From the human T2T-CHM13v2.0 reference genome, Homo sapiens, in the NCBI RefSeq assembly GCF_009914755.1, contig NC_060930.1: a DNA stretch of 64,000 nucleotides; one strand, written 5' to 3'. Position 1 is the stretch's first letter. Each line of letters starts with the position of its first letter. Both the position numbers and the translations under genes were made by a program. Positions 17,855-31,199 of this stretch are shown piece after piece. The notes beneath the pieces are model-generated. The model was not told where the DNA came from, did not search any database, and worked only from the letters and a program-made list of their open reading frames with translations.

Positions 17855-18110
17855 ACAGAGTTTTAAACCTGGGTATCTCAGATCGATAGAACTCAAGGAG
17901 TCTATTACTATGGATTGGACAGAAAGCATCTTTATGTTCCCTGATGACTAACAGAAATTTAGCATTTCCTTTATATTGAATGTAGGCAACCAATCACAGA
18001 AATATTAGCACTGCTATATAGGCTTCTATTTGTCACAAGTAAACAAGTAAATATTTCCATATAATATTACAGTTGTTGCAGATATCTTGAAATGCTATTT
18101 TCCTTTATTA
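17855..18110 (+). mobile_element. hAT-Charlie DNA transposon relic (Charlie4-like)
   Basis: cagagttttaaacctggg start; aaatttagcatttcc...tgaatgtaggcaac...acagttgttgcagatatc. Confidence 0.55.
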
Positions 18111-19039
18111 TTCTTCTATTGATTATTTTACATCAACATTTAACTGTGGATATTAGATACCCTACTAGAATATAAGTAATCAGTCTTCTTGTCCGCAATC
18201 CTCGTTAGCCAACTAGGAACCAAACCTGAGCCTAATGATTATTTATCGACAACACCGTGCCTTGGTTTGGATAGACTACATGAGAGTACTCAACTCTGTT
18301 TGTGTTATTAAAAGGCAGTCTTTTGTTACACAAGCTATGAATGTAGACTATGCAAGTTCAAATATATCTTACAGTTGAGGTAAATACCATGTTTGCTATT
18401 TAACGTAACTTTTTATTACTACAATTCGATTGTGTACTTCCAGCTCTAAGCTTTGTGAGTAGCAGAGGCTTTTCTTGTTTATCTTTTTTCTTGGGGCTTT
18501 TTGAACACTATCTATGTCATGAAACAAAAACTTTCACATACTAAAATATTAGCAGTGAAATTCGATTTCAGGAAGACTCTATATATGTGAGAAAAATCTT
18601 GGAAATTTATGTGTTGAAATGGATTCTGATGTATTTCTTTTGACAGGTCTAAATCAACTAAAAATTATTGCACCCAATCTGTGTCACTTGGAGATGAAGA
18701 AAATAAAAGGCAGCGAAAAAATATTCTTTGTTAGAAAGAATTCCATTTTACCATTTTATTTAAAAATTCATAGAAATTCTTAAGTTGTTGAAAATTATTT
18801 ATCAAGTTATAGGTGGCAAGAAAACATTGGGGATTCTTATTGTACTTGTCTTTCCTTCCATATAGTTCCTAAGTGAGTAATTTTATTTCTTTAGTAAGAA
18901 AAATAAAACATGATAAAATGATGAATTATTTCTACATGATAGTAAGGTGAGTGTATATTTTATCATTTTTTCCCTGTATTGTTTAAATTTTCTCAGTATT
19001 AAAAAAAACTAAAAAACAATGACACCATTGCTACCATCA

Positions 19040-19710
19040 AGGAGCAATGCAATAAAGAAGAAAAGCAAGTAAAACACCAATTTGGAAAGTGTGTGACTAA
19101 TGCTATGTTAGAAGGACAGACTATGTGCTATGAGAGCAGAGAGGTTGGGTGCCTAACTGATAGGAACTAGGGAACAGCTTCCCAAACGCATGGCCAGCAA
19201 TTAAGAGATGAGAAGGAGTTGATGAACTGGGAACTGCAGGTTGAGTTTCTGGTGAAGGCAGTAAGAAGAGTATTTACAAAGGGAAGACAGCCAGAGAGAA
19301 CATGATATTTTGGAGGAACTGGAAGGAATTTTTAATGTCTCGGGTTCAAAAGGTGTGTGAAGGAGTTGTGAGAGTGGGGGCTGGAAAGGCAGGCAAGGGT
19401 GAGATGCTGAAAGGAAGTAGATTCAACTCTCAGGAGTTTCAAGTTTATCCTGGGTGAGGGAACCCACCAGACACTTTTCATTAGGGCATAATATTACCAG
19501 GTGTAGATTGTAGAGAGATCACTGCAGGGAGACCAAATAGCTTGATCTTATAATAGGCTATTTGAGAAGTGATTGTCTGAACTAGGGAGAGAAGCAGTAG
19601 GGCATAGGGGAGGAAATCAGATGTAGGAAGTGGAAACTGTAGGACTAATTACATGTGACTGTGAGGAACAGAAAGAATAAGCAGATGACTAGGTGAGTAA
19701 TTTTGAATGA
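19040..19710 (-). mobile_element. L2 fragments
   Basis: Purine-rich L2 antisense motifs (tgctatgagagcagagagg...gagatcactgcagg...atgact). Confidence 0.55.
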
Positions 19711-20088
19711 ACTAGGATTTTTATTATTGTTTGACAAGTGTTACTAAAGGTATGCAGTATAAATGTGACCTATTACTTTGCATATTTTTTGAAAGACTAC
19801 CTTAAATATTTTAAATGTTAACCAAAACTAGATTTTGAAGAAGTTACAACTTATTAATAATTACCAAGATTTAAGTACTATAATATTAATGAGTTGCTAT
19901 TTGCTACACTGTAAAATTTAGAATCCAAACGATAATGATAACTTTGCATTTTGACATCAACTGTTATTAAAATAATACCTGAAGGAAATAATTAAATGTA
20001 TTTATGAGATAAGTAGCTCTTTCTCACCACATACTTTTTCAGTCATTCATTTAATGTTGAAATTCTCAGATTTGTACTGAATCTAAAT

Positions 20089-20267
20089 CAGAGGTTCTCA
20101 AACTTTAGCCTGCATCAGGGTCACTTGAAGGCTGTTAAAACTCAGATTGCTGGCCCAGAATTGTTAATCCAACAAATTTGGAGTAGCATTTGGGAATGTG
20201 CCTTTCTCAGAAGTTCTTACTTGATGTGGAGGCTGATGGGCTAGGAACCACACTTGGAGAATCACTG
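20089..20267. mobile_element. MER5A hAT MITE
   Basis: Terminal inverted repeats cagaggttctc...gagaatcactg; about 180 bp; typical internal sequence. Confidence 0.8.
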
Positions 20268-20645
20268 TTGTAAAATGTTATGTGAATTTATTTAGTCGTT
20301 AATTCAACCATTGTATACAAATTTAGAATGAGTACCTACTATGTATCAAAACCTAGAAATAAAACAGTGGGAAAGCTACATTTTCTTTACTGGAGGTGAT
20401 TATTCTGAGTGAGTGTGTAAGTTTGGTTTATATCACAAATTAATCCAGTGTTTAGCTACTACTTGCACTTTCATGTTTCTACAGTATTTTTATGTCACTC
20501 AATATTTTTCTATATGGAATGAATCAGTATTTTATTTATCAAATCAAGACAATCATACTTAAAATGAAATGTAAAGCTATTTCACTAAATCTGAAAAGTG
20601 AGATAGATCTGTAGATCTTATATTTATAAATAGTGATTAAGATAC

Positions 20646-21110
20646 TGTGTTAGCTTACTAGGACTTTTATAACAAAATTCCACAGAGTGGTTTCAACAAC
20701 AGAGACTTATTTCTCAGTTCTGAAGATGGAAAGTCTAAGATCAAGGTGTTGGCAGGACTTACCTTCTTGTAAGGCCTCTTCTCTTGGCTTGCAGATGGCT
20801 GTCTTCGTGCTGTTTTGTCACATGGCTTTTTCTCTGTGCCTGTGCCTTCCTGGTGTTTCTTTCTCATCTGATGAGGACGTGAGTCATTTTGGATTAGGGC
20901 CCCACCCTACTAGCCTCATTTTGACTTCACCCTGTCTTTGAAGGCCCTATCTCAAGTACAGTCACATGGATGAAGGTCCACGTTTATGACTTCATTTCAC
21001 CTTAATTACCTCTTCAAAGGCCCTATCTCTATACACACTTACATTCTGAGGTACTGAGGGTTGGGACTTCAACATACGAATTTTGGGTAAATGCAACTCA
21101 TCCCATAACA
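20646..21110 (-). mobile_element. MLT1A/B-like MaLR solo LTR
   Basis: tgtgttag...ataacaaaattccacag...aagatcaaggtgttggcagg...acattctgaggtactg...cccataaca. Confidence 0.82.
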
Positions 21111-22607
21111 GACATTCACAGTTGTTACGAGAAAACATATCCTTGAAGTACAACTTTAAAATTGCCCCCTTTGAATTTGTATCTAAAACATTCTCTTTTC
21201 TTTTTCCTACAATCAGTCCTTCTATAGCCATATATTAAGGGCTACTACATTTCCAGGGCTACCATAGGAGCCAAGGGAATAAACAAAGCTTATTTTGCCT
21301 TCATTTTCCAAGGTTATTTCTAAATATTTATTTGTAAATTTGCCTATTAGTGAATTACAATGCATAGTCCTATAGAAGGCATATTTTGTTAAAGGATCAG
21401 TTTCTCAGAAGATCTAAAACAGTACATTTAATTTATAATGAGATTGAACTCTCATATAACTCACAATATAAACCAACCTAATCCCAGTTTGGGCTAAGGA
21501 TAAATTGGATTTTCTTGATGCAAGTGGTAAAACAATTCACACAAGGTTGCTCAAAGGAAGACTCCTCTGTGAAATAACTATTTAGAGAGATGTGGACAGG
21601 GTTGAGAAAACAAATGAAATCCACTGAGGTGCACCAAGCCTAGCCATTACCACTCTTAGATCAGAAGGTTCAAAGGCAGGAAAGTCGGTATTGGAGCCTG
21701 CTGAAAACTGGAATCAATCATGGAGGAAGGGGACACACGGGGGAGCTGTAGACGGGTGGGTGAGTTAAACTACTCACAGAAATATGGCCCAAAGCAATGG
21801 AGTAGTGAAAATATAACACTTAATTTCTCCTTCTTTCTTCCCTCTCTTCCCCTGATGGTGCCTTCTTTTATTCAAATCCCATAAGAAGCCAGGCAACAAA
21901 GGAACTTGTGTAATGTAGTCCACGGGGATTGGCAAAGAAAGAAGTAGAATACGTGAAGACAGGGGAGGGCCAATGAATAACAGCAAATAAACAGTACAGA
22001 AGCTGCAGTGGGGCTGAGATTACAGTCAGCATAGCCATTCGGATATGTTATTTACAGACAAGAATATGTGTTTGTCAAGTATTGTTGGTATAAAATAAGC
22101 TTGTTGTATTCTTCTGCCTCTGAAATTGAACCACGGAGAAGACTAAGAAATATGCACAATAGATTACAAAGCCAAAAAAATAAACAATCATGAGCTAAGT
22201 CATGTACTGAGAAAAAAAAAGTGGAGGCTCAGTCCAGGAGAGATCACTGGGGGTCACAAATTTATATTTTAACAAAAATCAGTTGACCAATTTATTTAAT
22301 GATGGCTTAACTGGTCTCCTGAGCTTATTATGCTCAGTGTCACGGTAACTCAATGGTTGATGTAAGATATTTTCCCAATCCTTGTGGAGGATAAGCCCTA
22401 CTGGAATCTACTTCTTTGAGAACCCTTTGACAGTAAAGTCTTGGCGGTATTCTCAGAGTGACCAAGTCTTTCTATCTTTGGAAAGAGTTACACAGTTTCA
22501 GAAACTGCTAAGATAGCTGTGTGGTACTTGAGCTCTATAGGTGGATAGTGTAAATTTGTTACTTGACAAGATAAATGAATACCATAGAGTAATAGGAAAT
22601 CACCAAG

Positions 22608-23313
22608 TTTTTTTTTTCTCTGACTTTTAAGTTCAGGGATACATGTGCAGGATGTGCAGGTTTGTTACATAGGTAAATGTGTGCCATGGCCACACAAATC
22701 ATCTCATCACCTAGGTATTAAGCCCAGCATCCATTAGCTATTCTTCCTGATGCTCTCCCTTCTCCCAATCCCCACCCTCCAACAGGTCCCAGTGTTTGTT
22801 ATTCTCCTCTGTGTGTCCATGTGTTCTCATCATTCAGCTCTCACTTATAAGTAAGAACATGCAGTATCTGGTTTTCTGTTCCTGCATTAGTTTGCTGAGG
22901 ATAGTGGCTTCCAGCTCCATCTATGTTCCTGTGAAGGACGTGATCTTGTTCCTTTTTATGGCTACATAGTATTCCATGGCAAATACATTCTACATTTTCT
23001 TTATCCATTCTATCATTGATGGACATTTAGGTTGATCCCATGTCTTTGCTATTGTAAATTGTGCTTCAGTGAACATATGCGTGCATGTATGTTTATGATA
23101 GAATGATTTGTATTCCTTGGGGTATATACCCAGTAATGGGATTGCTGGATCAAATGGTATTTCTGCCTCTAGGTCTTCAAGGAATTGCCACACTGTCTTC
23201 CACAACAGTTGAACTAATATATACTCCCACCAACAGTGTAAAAGCATTCCTTTTTCTCCACAACCTTGCCAGCATCTGTTGTTTTTAGACTTTTTAATAA
23301 TAGCCATTCTGAC
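22608..23313 (-). mobile_element. 5'-truncated older L1PA (L1PA13-like) 3' end
   Basis: ORF 22990..23340(-) matches ORF2 C-terminus; poly-T tail; TSD ACCAAGT at 22602-22608 and 23312-23318. Confidence 0.88.
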
Positions 23314-23769
23314 CAAGTATTTACATATATAAAAAAGCAAAAATTAGAAATATCTTCATAAAATATTTTTACCTCATTTATCAAAATAGTTGGAGCAATT
23401 ATAAGTAAGAGAAAATCCACCATCTGATTAATTAACTCTTATCTTTGCACAGTTTCCGGGCTTTCTAAAATGCAACATATTATTGACAAAACATTCCATC
23501 TTTTAAACAAATTCTACAACTTTATCTCCTCTGACAAATATTTCTAAGTTCAATCTAACAGAACCCATAAGCACTAGAACTCATTATTTCCTTAGTGAAT
23601 CATTTGGACAAATAATACATCACTGCTGGAAATAATTAGCTAAATTACTACATTTAATTCTATTCATATAATTGTTTGACATCTGCCTCTTCAAACATTT
23701 GTAGTAATTATTTTATTTTTATTTTGCTAAATTTTAAATTGGAACAGGACAGATATGTTGGGAAGAATC

Positions 23770-23995
23770 ACACAGTGATTAATCCTGTAGGCTTGCAGTA
23801 GAGTCCACAGATTTGAGCTTTGGCTCCCTCCTTGCTAACTGTTACTTTAATGAAGCTTTTAAACTTCTACAAACTTTACTTTCTTTATCTGTAAAATGAG
23901 GAATAATAATACCTCTGCAATAATTATTATGAGGAATGCATGAAAAATATATCTTGGTCAGCAATTTAAGTATTTAAATTATTATTGCTATTGTT
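23770..23995 (+). mobile_element. MIR
   Basis: Core tttctttatctgtaaaatgaggaataataatacc. Confidence 0.7.
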
Positions 23996-24370
23996 ATTAC
24001 ATATAGCTAATATTATACTCATCTAAAATATCAAAATAATGATAATATTTACTTATTTATAAGTACGCAGTTTTTTGATGTTTATATCACTGGATATTAT
24101 CACAAACAACACAATAAGCAACGTTCTTATACTTTAGATTGACACATTACTTAATTTAGTGTATAATATGCCTATGAATAACAGTAAATTAATATTTTAG
24201 ACTTAATATTTCTTTTTTGCAATTATTGATCTTTTAGAATAATTTATTATTGGTGAATTGAGAGATAAGATTTTAATATTAAATAGTCCATCTTATAAAA
24301 AACATATAATAGCTTAGTAATTTGAGTGAAATTTTAGAGAAAATAAATTCCTAAATGTTAAGAGCTTCCT

Positions 24371-24660
<290 letters not shown>

Positions 24661-25054
24661 GAAACTTTTTTTAAAAAGTTTCCTCTAGTCAAATTCTGAG
24701 GCGTTCTAAAAAATCAACATTTCCATCTGTTCTTTCTATCATTAGTAAAGCAGGTGGTGTATGTAATATCCAAGGTAAAGTAAAAATCATTTGGGCTTTC
24801 AAAAACTCTAATACAAGTTTATAAGAAATTAGTACTACTCCTGCTTAGAGAAATTTTTAATGGAAGATAAATAATTATAGTCATAGATATTTTATTTTCC
24901 CCCCATAAAAATAGTGGAAGACCTTAGGCCATTTGTGCCTAATCTCATGTATTTAAAAAGTAGACCCCCAAGGAAAGATAATTCTAGAGATCAGAAATTC
25001 ATATCCACAACTAGTATGCCTTGGCTTTTCTACCATACTTGACTGCATTCCTCA

Positions 25055-25640
25055 TGTTGCACGTAACATACAGACACAGACACCCAAGAGAAAGTGGCTT
25101 AAACATTAAAGGGGATTTATTGGCTTTCATAAGTATGTAACTCTGGAAGCCCCTTGACTTTCTGAGTTGGTTTTGATTCAACAATCTAATGGTATCTTTA
25201 CAGACCTAGTTTTTTTTTTGTTGTTGTTTTGTTTTTTTTGGTATTTATATTCGCCCATAGTCAGCTTTATCTTAGAGCTTTCCTCATGATGACAAAATTG
25301 CTGCAGCAATTCTAGTGTTTATAACCATACATCATCCTGAAATAAGAGTGTTTCTTTCCCAGCATTCTAAGCAAGAGTCCTAAAATTCACTTGTCAAAGT
25401 TCAGCTTCTGATTGGATCAGTTAAGATTACCTCCATACCTTTGAAGTAACCACTATGCAGGGATTCTAAATGTGCTGATTGATTTAGGTCAATCGGATGC
25501 CATGCTCTCAAGTCTAACTTTTCTTATAGTATCTGGGCTACATAGCGGAATGGTATACATACAAACTGAAATTCATAATGCTTTTAGGAAGGAGAAAGGA
25601 GTCAATAGATGCTGACTAGGTGGCCAATTAATCCACTGCA
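25055..25640 (-). mobile_element. Old MLT1 (J-M type) LTR relic
   Basis: gttgca...gtaaca...gtggcttaaac...atttattggct; later tctgattgg motifs. Confidence 0.45.
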
Positions 25641-26383
25641 GGGACATTTTTCAAAGTCAGAAAAAAATCACAAAATTCAAAGAATCCAATCTCAGAGATT
25701 TTGCTAATATAACTCATCTTAAATTACATCTAGAAATAAATAAAAACACATCTAAAGAACATGTTTACTAATATTACAGTAATTATTTAACTTTTTTTTT
25801 CTCAAAGCGAGACTGTATTACCAAGGGTTATCTATTTTTTTTTAATGTAGATCTTACTGAAGCGTATAGGTCTTGGGATGCAAAAGTCTTAAATGACTGT
25901 AGCCAAGTGTATATTGGGCAGTGTGTTGCAATGGATTGTACTATTAGTTACATAAATTGGGTACTTAAAAACTCCTAATAAATAAATAATATGACAGATA
26001 AATCTTCTAAAAATATCCACTCCTAATGGCATCTGGGAGACACTTGTCATGTGAATCCATCATGCTCAGTTCAGATACCTTTTCATCTGGAAACATGATA
26101 ATATTGGATTTCTAGATCTGGTTTAATACTGGATGGTTTAAGAATGCAAAAGTATAACATATATGAAAATTATATATGGTTTTATCTTTCCCATTTCTCT
26201 GGTGCCATCAACAACCACACCCCTATTTCAAATAGACCTCCAGGACTGACAACTGTGTATGAAGAGGGAAGGAAGAGTTAACATTCCTCTTCTGTCTTTT
26301 TGGTTTTAGCACAACCACTCTGGATGAGTTGAGGCAAAACTTCAGTTAGAAGAGGCTTGAGAATATTGGGCCAATACACAATA

Positions 26384-26921
26384 TATATTAGTCAAGGTTC
26401 TCCAGATAGTCAGAACTAATAGATACTGAATAGAACCTATGAATATTATAAGGAATTGGCTCATGCAATTATGGAGGCTGATGAGTGCCCAGATCTGTAG
26501 GTGGCAAGCTGGAGACCCTGGAGAGCTGATGGTTTTGTTCTAGTTGAGTCTGTAGGCCTGAGAACCAGATACAGTTCTAGTATGAAGGCTAGTAGGTTTC
26601 AGACCGGGAAGATCCAGTGTTTCAATATGAGTCCGAAGGCAGGAAAAAACCTGTATCCTAACTCAAAGGCAGTCAGGCAAGAACACTTCTCTTACTCAAG
26701 AGAGCCTCAGCCTTCTTGGTCTATTCAGGACTTCAACTGATTGGGTGAGTCCACTGGGTGGGGACCCACTCACATTATAAGGAGGACAGTCTGATTTTCT
26801 TAGTCTACCTATTCAAATGTTAATCTTATCCAGAAACACCCTCATAGACACAATGATGTTTGACCAAATGTCTGGATATCTCATGAGCAAGTCAAGTTGA
26901 CACATAAAATTAACCTTCACA
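26384..26921 (-). mobile_element. MLT2 (ERVL) solo LTR
   Basis: tatattagtcaaggttctccaga...aagttgacacataaaattaaccttcaca; perfect 5-bp TSD CAATA (26379-26383, 26922-26926). Confidence 0.9.
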
Positions 26922-27153
26922 CAATATAAGCTCAGGATGGTTTATGTGAAAAGTTAACAGATGCTGTGAATTCTTCTTTAGGGACTGAACAATTCTGTTC
27001 AATTCAAATGAACAAGATATAAAGCTTTGCTCCAAATTTTTTAAGGCTTTAGAGCCAAAATTCTTCAGTTCTTTATATATTTTTATCCACATGTAATGAC
27101 CTACACAGAACAAATAAACATGGGTTTGTATATGACTGCATTTGGAGGAAAGA

Positions 27154-27188
27154 ATTAGGAGGATTAGGAGGATTAGGAGGATTAAGGA
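27154..27188. repeat. Short tandem repeat (ATTAGGAGG) x about 4
   Basis: Directly visible. Confidence 0.85.
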
Positions 27189-29767
27189 TACAGAAAACGT
27201 TATTTAGCCTAGAAAGGAGTTCCAAAAAGGACACCTTGAGAATGTGCATATCTTCAGGCCAAACTATGCTTAAAACTTTCCAGAAAGTTTATTGGTGCTA
27301 ATATTTCTTAAAATCCTCCAGAAGAGTAGGCTCAGACAATAATTTGAAAAAGGGAATTGCTGGTAAGTTTTGCCATGCGTGAGCTGATTTACATGAAAAA
27401 GAAAGGGCTTGGCGGTAGTTTATGCTTGGTTGATGCTGGAGGTTGGAGAAGTGCAGAGAAAGACCCCCTTGACTGCATCTCAGCTTATGCACAGACAGGC
27501 AGCAGCTAATAATTGAAAGAGCCCTTTTTATAAAGGATTCCATGAAACAAGGGAGGCTTGAGCATTGTCAGTTCAGGCCTCTGGTCTGAAATGTGACCGA
27601 GAGAGAGCGGTATATTCTACTTGTTTATTTGTTTCTAAGCAACACAGCATGACATAGACATAGAGAAGACTGAAGGAAATCCAGTGTCATTTTGTTTCCT
27701 AGTGAGTTGGCAGCTTTGTAAGCAATGAGAGAGATTACCCTTATCTGGAAATAATATTTTCATGAAGGGCACACACAGCAGCAGCAGTGTGAGAGGCCAC
27801 CCTCAGAGTGCTTTGGTAGAGAGCGAATTCAGGGAGATGCTGGACTAAGACCAGAGAATTGTTTGTAAGCTTATACAAGACAAAACAACAGGGGGAGAGG
27901 ACTGGGTGGGGATGCGGGTTATTTTTTATAGACAGATGGAGTCGTAATCCGGTGGTATTTGAGTTGTTGCTGTTAATAAGATTACTTCATATTGGCAAGG
28001 GATGTATTCAATAGCCCATTTTTTAGCTTTATGATTGCAAAAACAAAACAAACAAATATAAAAAGAGACAATTAATGAACCTCAAGGCAAAGAATACTTG
28101 TATTTATGCTATGTATTTCAAGAGAACTCTGTTTCCTATTACATTACTTCAGCATCAGTGACTTCTAAAGTCAGTTGTAAAAAGGATTGTGGATTACTTA
28201 CCTTCAGTTTAGAGGTAGTTTGATTGCCTGAGGCATGGAGAATTAAATGAATAAAGGAAGACCCAGGAGTTCTCTTTTACATTGTGGGAAGCTAGCATTT
28301 GATATGGAAACCTTTAAAGAGTAATTCTTCCGATTGGTTAACATCGTTAGAGATGAGAAATAGTTACTTATGAGAAAAACATAGAATGTTTTTGATGGGT
28401 TGGCATAAATGACTTCTCTACATGGCCCTAATTCTGATGTTTTCTGATGTTTTAGGTAGAACTTTTTTTTTAGTAAATTGCAATATGTGAGCTATACAAT
28501 AGTCTTTCAACACATTTCTTGTTCTGCTTATATTAGAACTGTGGGTTTCAGGTATTCAGACAAGAACTGTGTCTGGTAAATGGATCATATTTTCTATGGA
28601 GTTACTAAAAGACACATACAGTTTTAACACTTGAGTATAAATAAATAATTGAATTTGATGGTATTTGGTTCAGACTGGTTCGTTAGACTCGGAAAGTTTT
28701 CTTTTCTCATGTTCATTGCCTCTTGACTCCATCAACTTTGTTTTAGAACTGGTTTTGACCCAAGAGAAGAAAGAGTAAGAACATTTTATTCAGTAGATTG
28801 AGGCTCAATATTATCATAATGACCATCAGTCTAGCTCTCATCTTTTACTTATTTCTGAAAATTGGAATTCTGGCTTGCTCCTGTTAATAGGATACAGGAA
28901 TTAATTAAATTAACTCATTTTTCAAGGATGTGAACAAGGTCAAACTCCCTACAACAATAACATTGTGGCGTCCAAGTAAGTAAGTTTGAAAATGTCCTTA
29001 TCTCTACTTTCTACCTCATACCTTCTATCCCATATTTAGTTGTTTATCAAGTTCTATGTTTTCAATGTTCTCGTGAACATTGATGGTGTTTTGCCCATAT
29101 CCCCTTGGGTTTTCCTGTCCTTTCCACGTAAAATGACCTGATTTCCAAAGACCATTTTTGTCTAATAGCAGCCCTTGTGTTGTTGAATCCATTTTGCCCT
29201 CCTGCTACTGAATCCACTTCACAAAGTAAGAGTTGGAATGAAGAGATAAAGAATAGAGGTTCCTGGGAATTAGCATCCTTCTGGAAGGAGCCCTTAATTG
29301 CTAAGTAGCATATTGGCTCAGGGTCTGCTCTTAAGGGAACTCCAAAGTTATACACTCCTTCTCCTGTTTTTCCATAGCACTTTTCCTCTATGTTTCTTAG
29401 ATTTCATTATAGAACATCTATTAGATCTAATCTCTTTTGCCTCCTCCTCTCGACTACTCCAGCAAAGGGACTTATCTCTGCATTTCCACGATCTTGGGCT
29501 AAACTTGGCTCATGATGGACCTTTAACAAATGGCTACTGAAACGAACTGGGATTATCCTTTGTGTCATCGAAATCCCTCAATCACCCTTTTTAGTCCTCT
29601 GATTCCTCTAGAATTGTGGAGTGTTTGACCCTGTGTGGACCATAAGCTTGTCTTTCAGGGAATGGACTCTTGTGCCTGAAATTCCACCTCATGACTTTTG
29701 CCTTCTAATTGATGACAAGCTTCATTTTATTTGTTTTTCTGATTTTTGCTTTCCTGGCTAGTCTTTC

Positions 29768-29960
29768 AAAAAGAAAAAAAAAAAAAGAAAAAGAAGAAGA
29801 AGAAGAAAACAGAAATGAATTAAGAAGAAAGTGAATGAGAAAAAAAGAAAAGGAGAAAATAAATGAACGAAATAAGAGAGAGATTGTTGTGAGAAGGAGG
29901 GAGGAAGTAAAATGACAGGAAAATTAAAATAGAGAAGAACATTGAGAGTTCATGTTAAAT
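29768..29960. repeat. GA-rich low-complexity tract with (GAA)n
   Basis: Directly visible. Confidence 0.8.
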
Positions 29961-31199
29961 GTTCTTCCTCTTTTCAATAAAGTTGGAGAGAAAATCAATT
30001 GCCGAGATAAAGAGGTAAGAAGATACAGGTTTGAGTGGAGTGGAAAAGGCTTGAGAAACCTGAAGAGGAAAACAGTGCAGATAGATAATCAGCAGTGAGG
30101 CACAGTATTGGCATTTCTTCAATCAGTAAAGAATTATGGAACACCTATTATGTATTCTGTCCCATACTGAGCATGACTGAGATAAAGAATACACATCCAT
30201 TTCTTTATATCAGTATTTTCATTCTATTATTTTGGCCAAGTTTATCCCCCAAAGCATCTAAATAATACTATTAGTCAAAAATATGAAAACACTTATTTAA
30301 AAAGCAAAACATATATCAAATATTTAAGCCTTGAAACTAAGCATTCCTCCATTACATATAGCTGCTACCAATGTCAGAATCTATTATTTTGCTATTTTGT
30401 TGTCCAGTAAAGAGAAAAATACCTCTGGCAATATCACTTTCTTTATTATCTTTGCTGAAGTTATCCAGAAAGCAGGATATTGAGTCATTGTCCCAAAACA
30501 GAAAAAAATACCTGCTGAGGTCTGCTCAGAGGTTTAAAATATATTCTAAAGTAAAGTATAATTTTATAACTAGAGTCTTTTGACTCAATTTCACAATTCT
30601 AAGAACTTTTAGGCCTATGGCCAAAATCTTAATCTATTGGTTCAGGTTTTAAATTCAATTGTAATCTTACATTCTTCTTCCATATGACATTTCCTTAGTG
30701 CTTTATCAGTTTTCCTCAAGAAAGAAGGCAATATTATATGTCAAAATTACTATGTACACTATTTACACTTTAAACCTTGTGCAAAGTTACTTATGCAATT
30801 ATAAACAATGTACATAATAAGTAAAAGGGTGGAATTGGCATCTGACACACCTGAAATAAATTTTTTTTCTGTCACTTATTAGCTGTGACCTCAAAGAAGC
30901 TATTTAATCTTGTTATATTTTAGATTCTGCTCCAAAAATGGGGTAAATGGAGTAATGTAAGAACCAAATGAATTAATAGATAGAAAACTAATAAAAAAGT
31001 GGCTGGTAATAGCACAAAGTTGATAAATGTTAACAACTTATACTGAATATTTGCTTTTCTTTTAGTTTGTTTTAAGCTGTTCATTATGTGGTCTACTTTC
31101 CTATATACTGAGAATTTCCAACTTAAAACTCTTGGTGAGGGAGTCTACTTTCTTATATAGAAACGTAAATGGCAAGCATTTATGATGCTTTCTTGTCTT

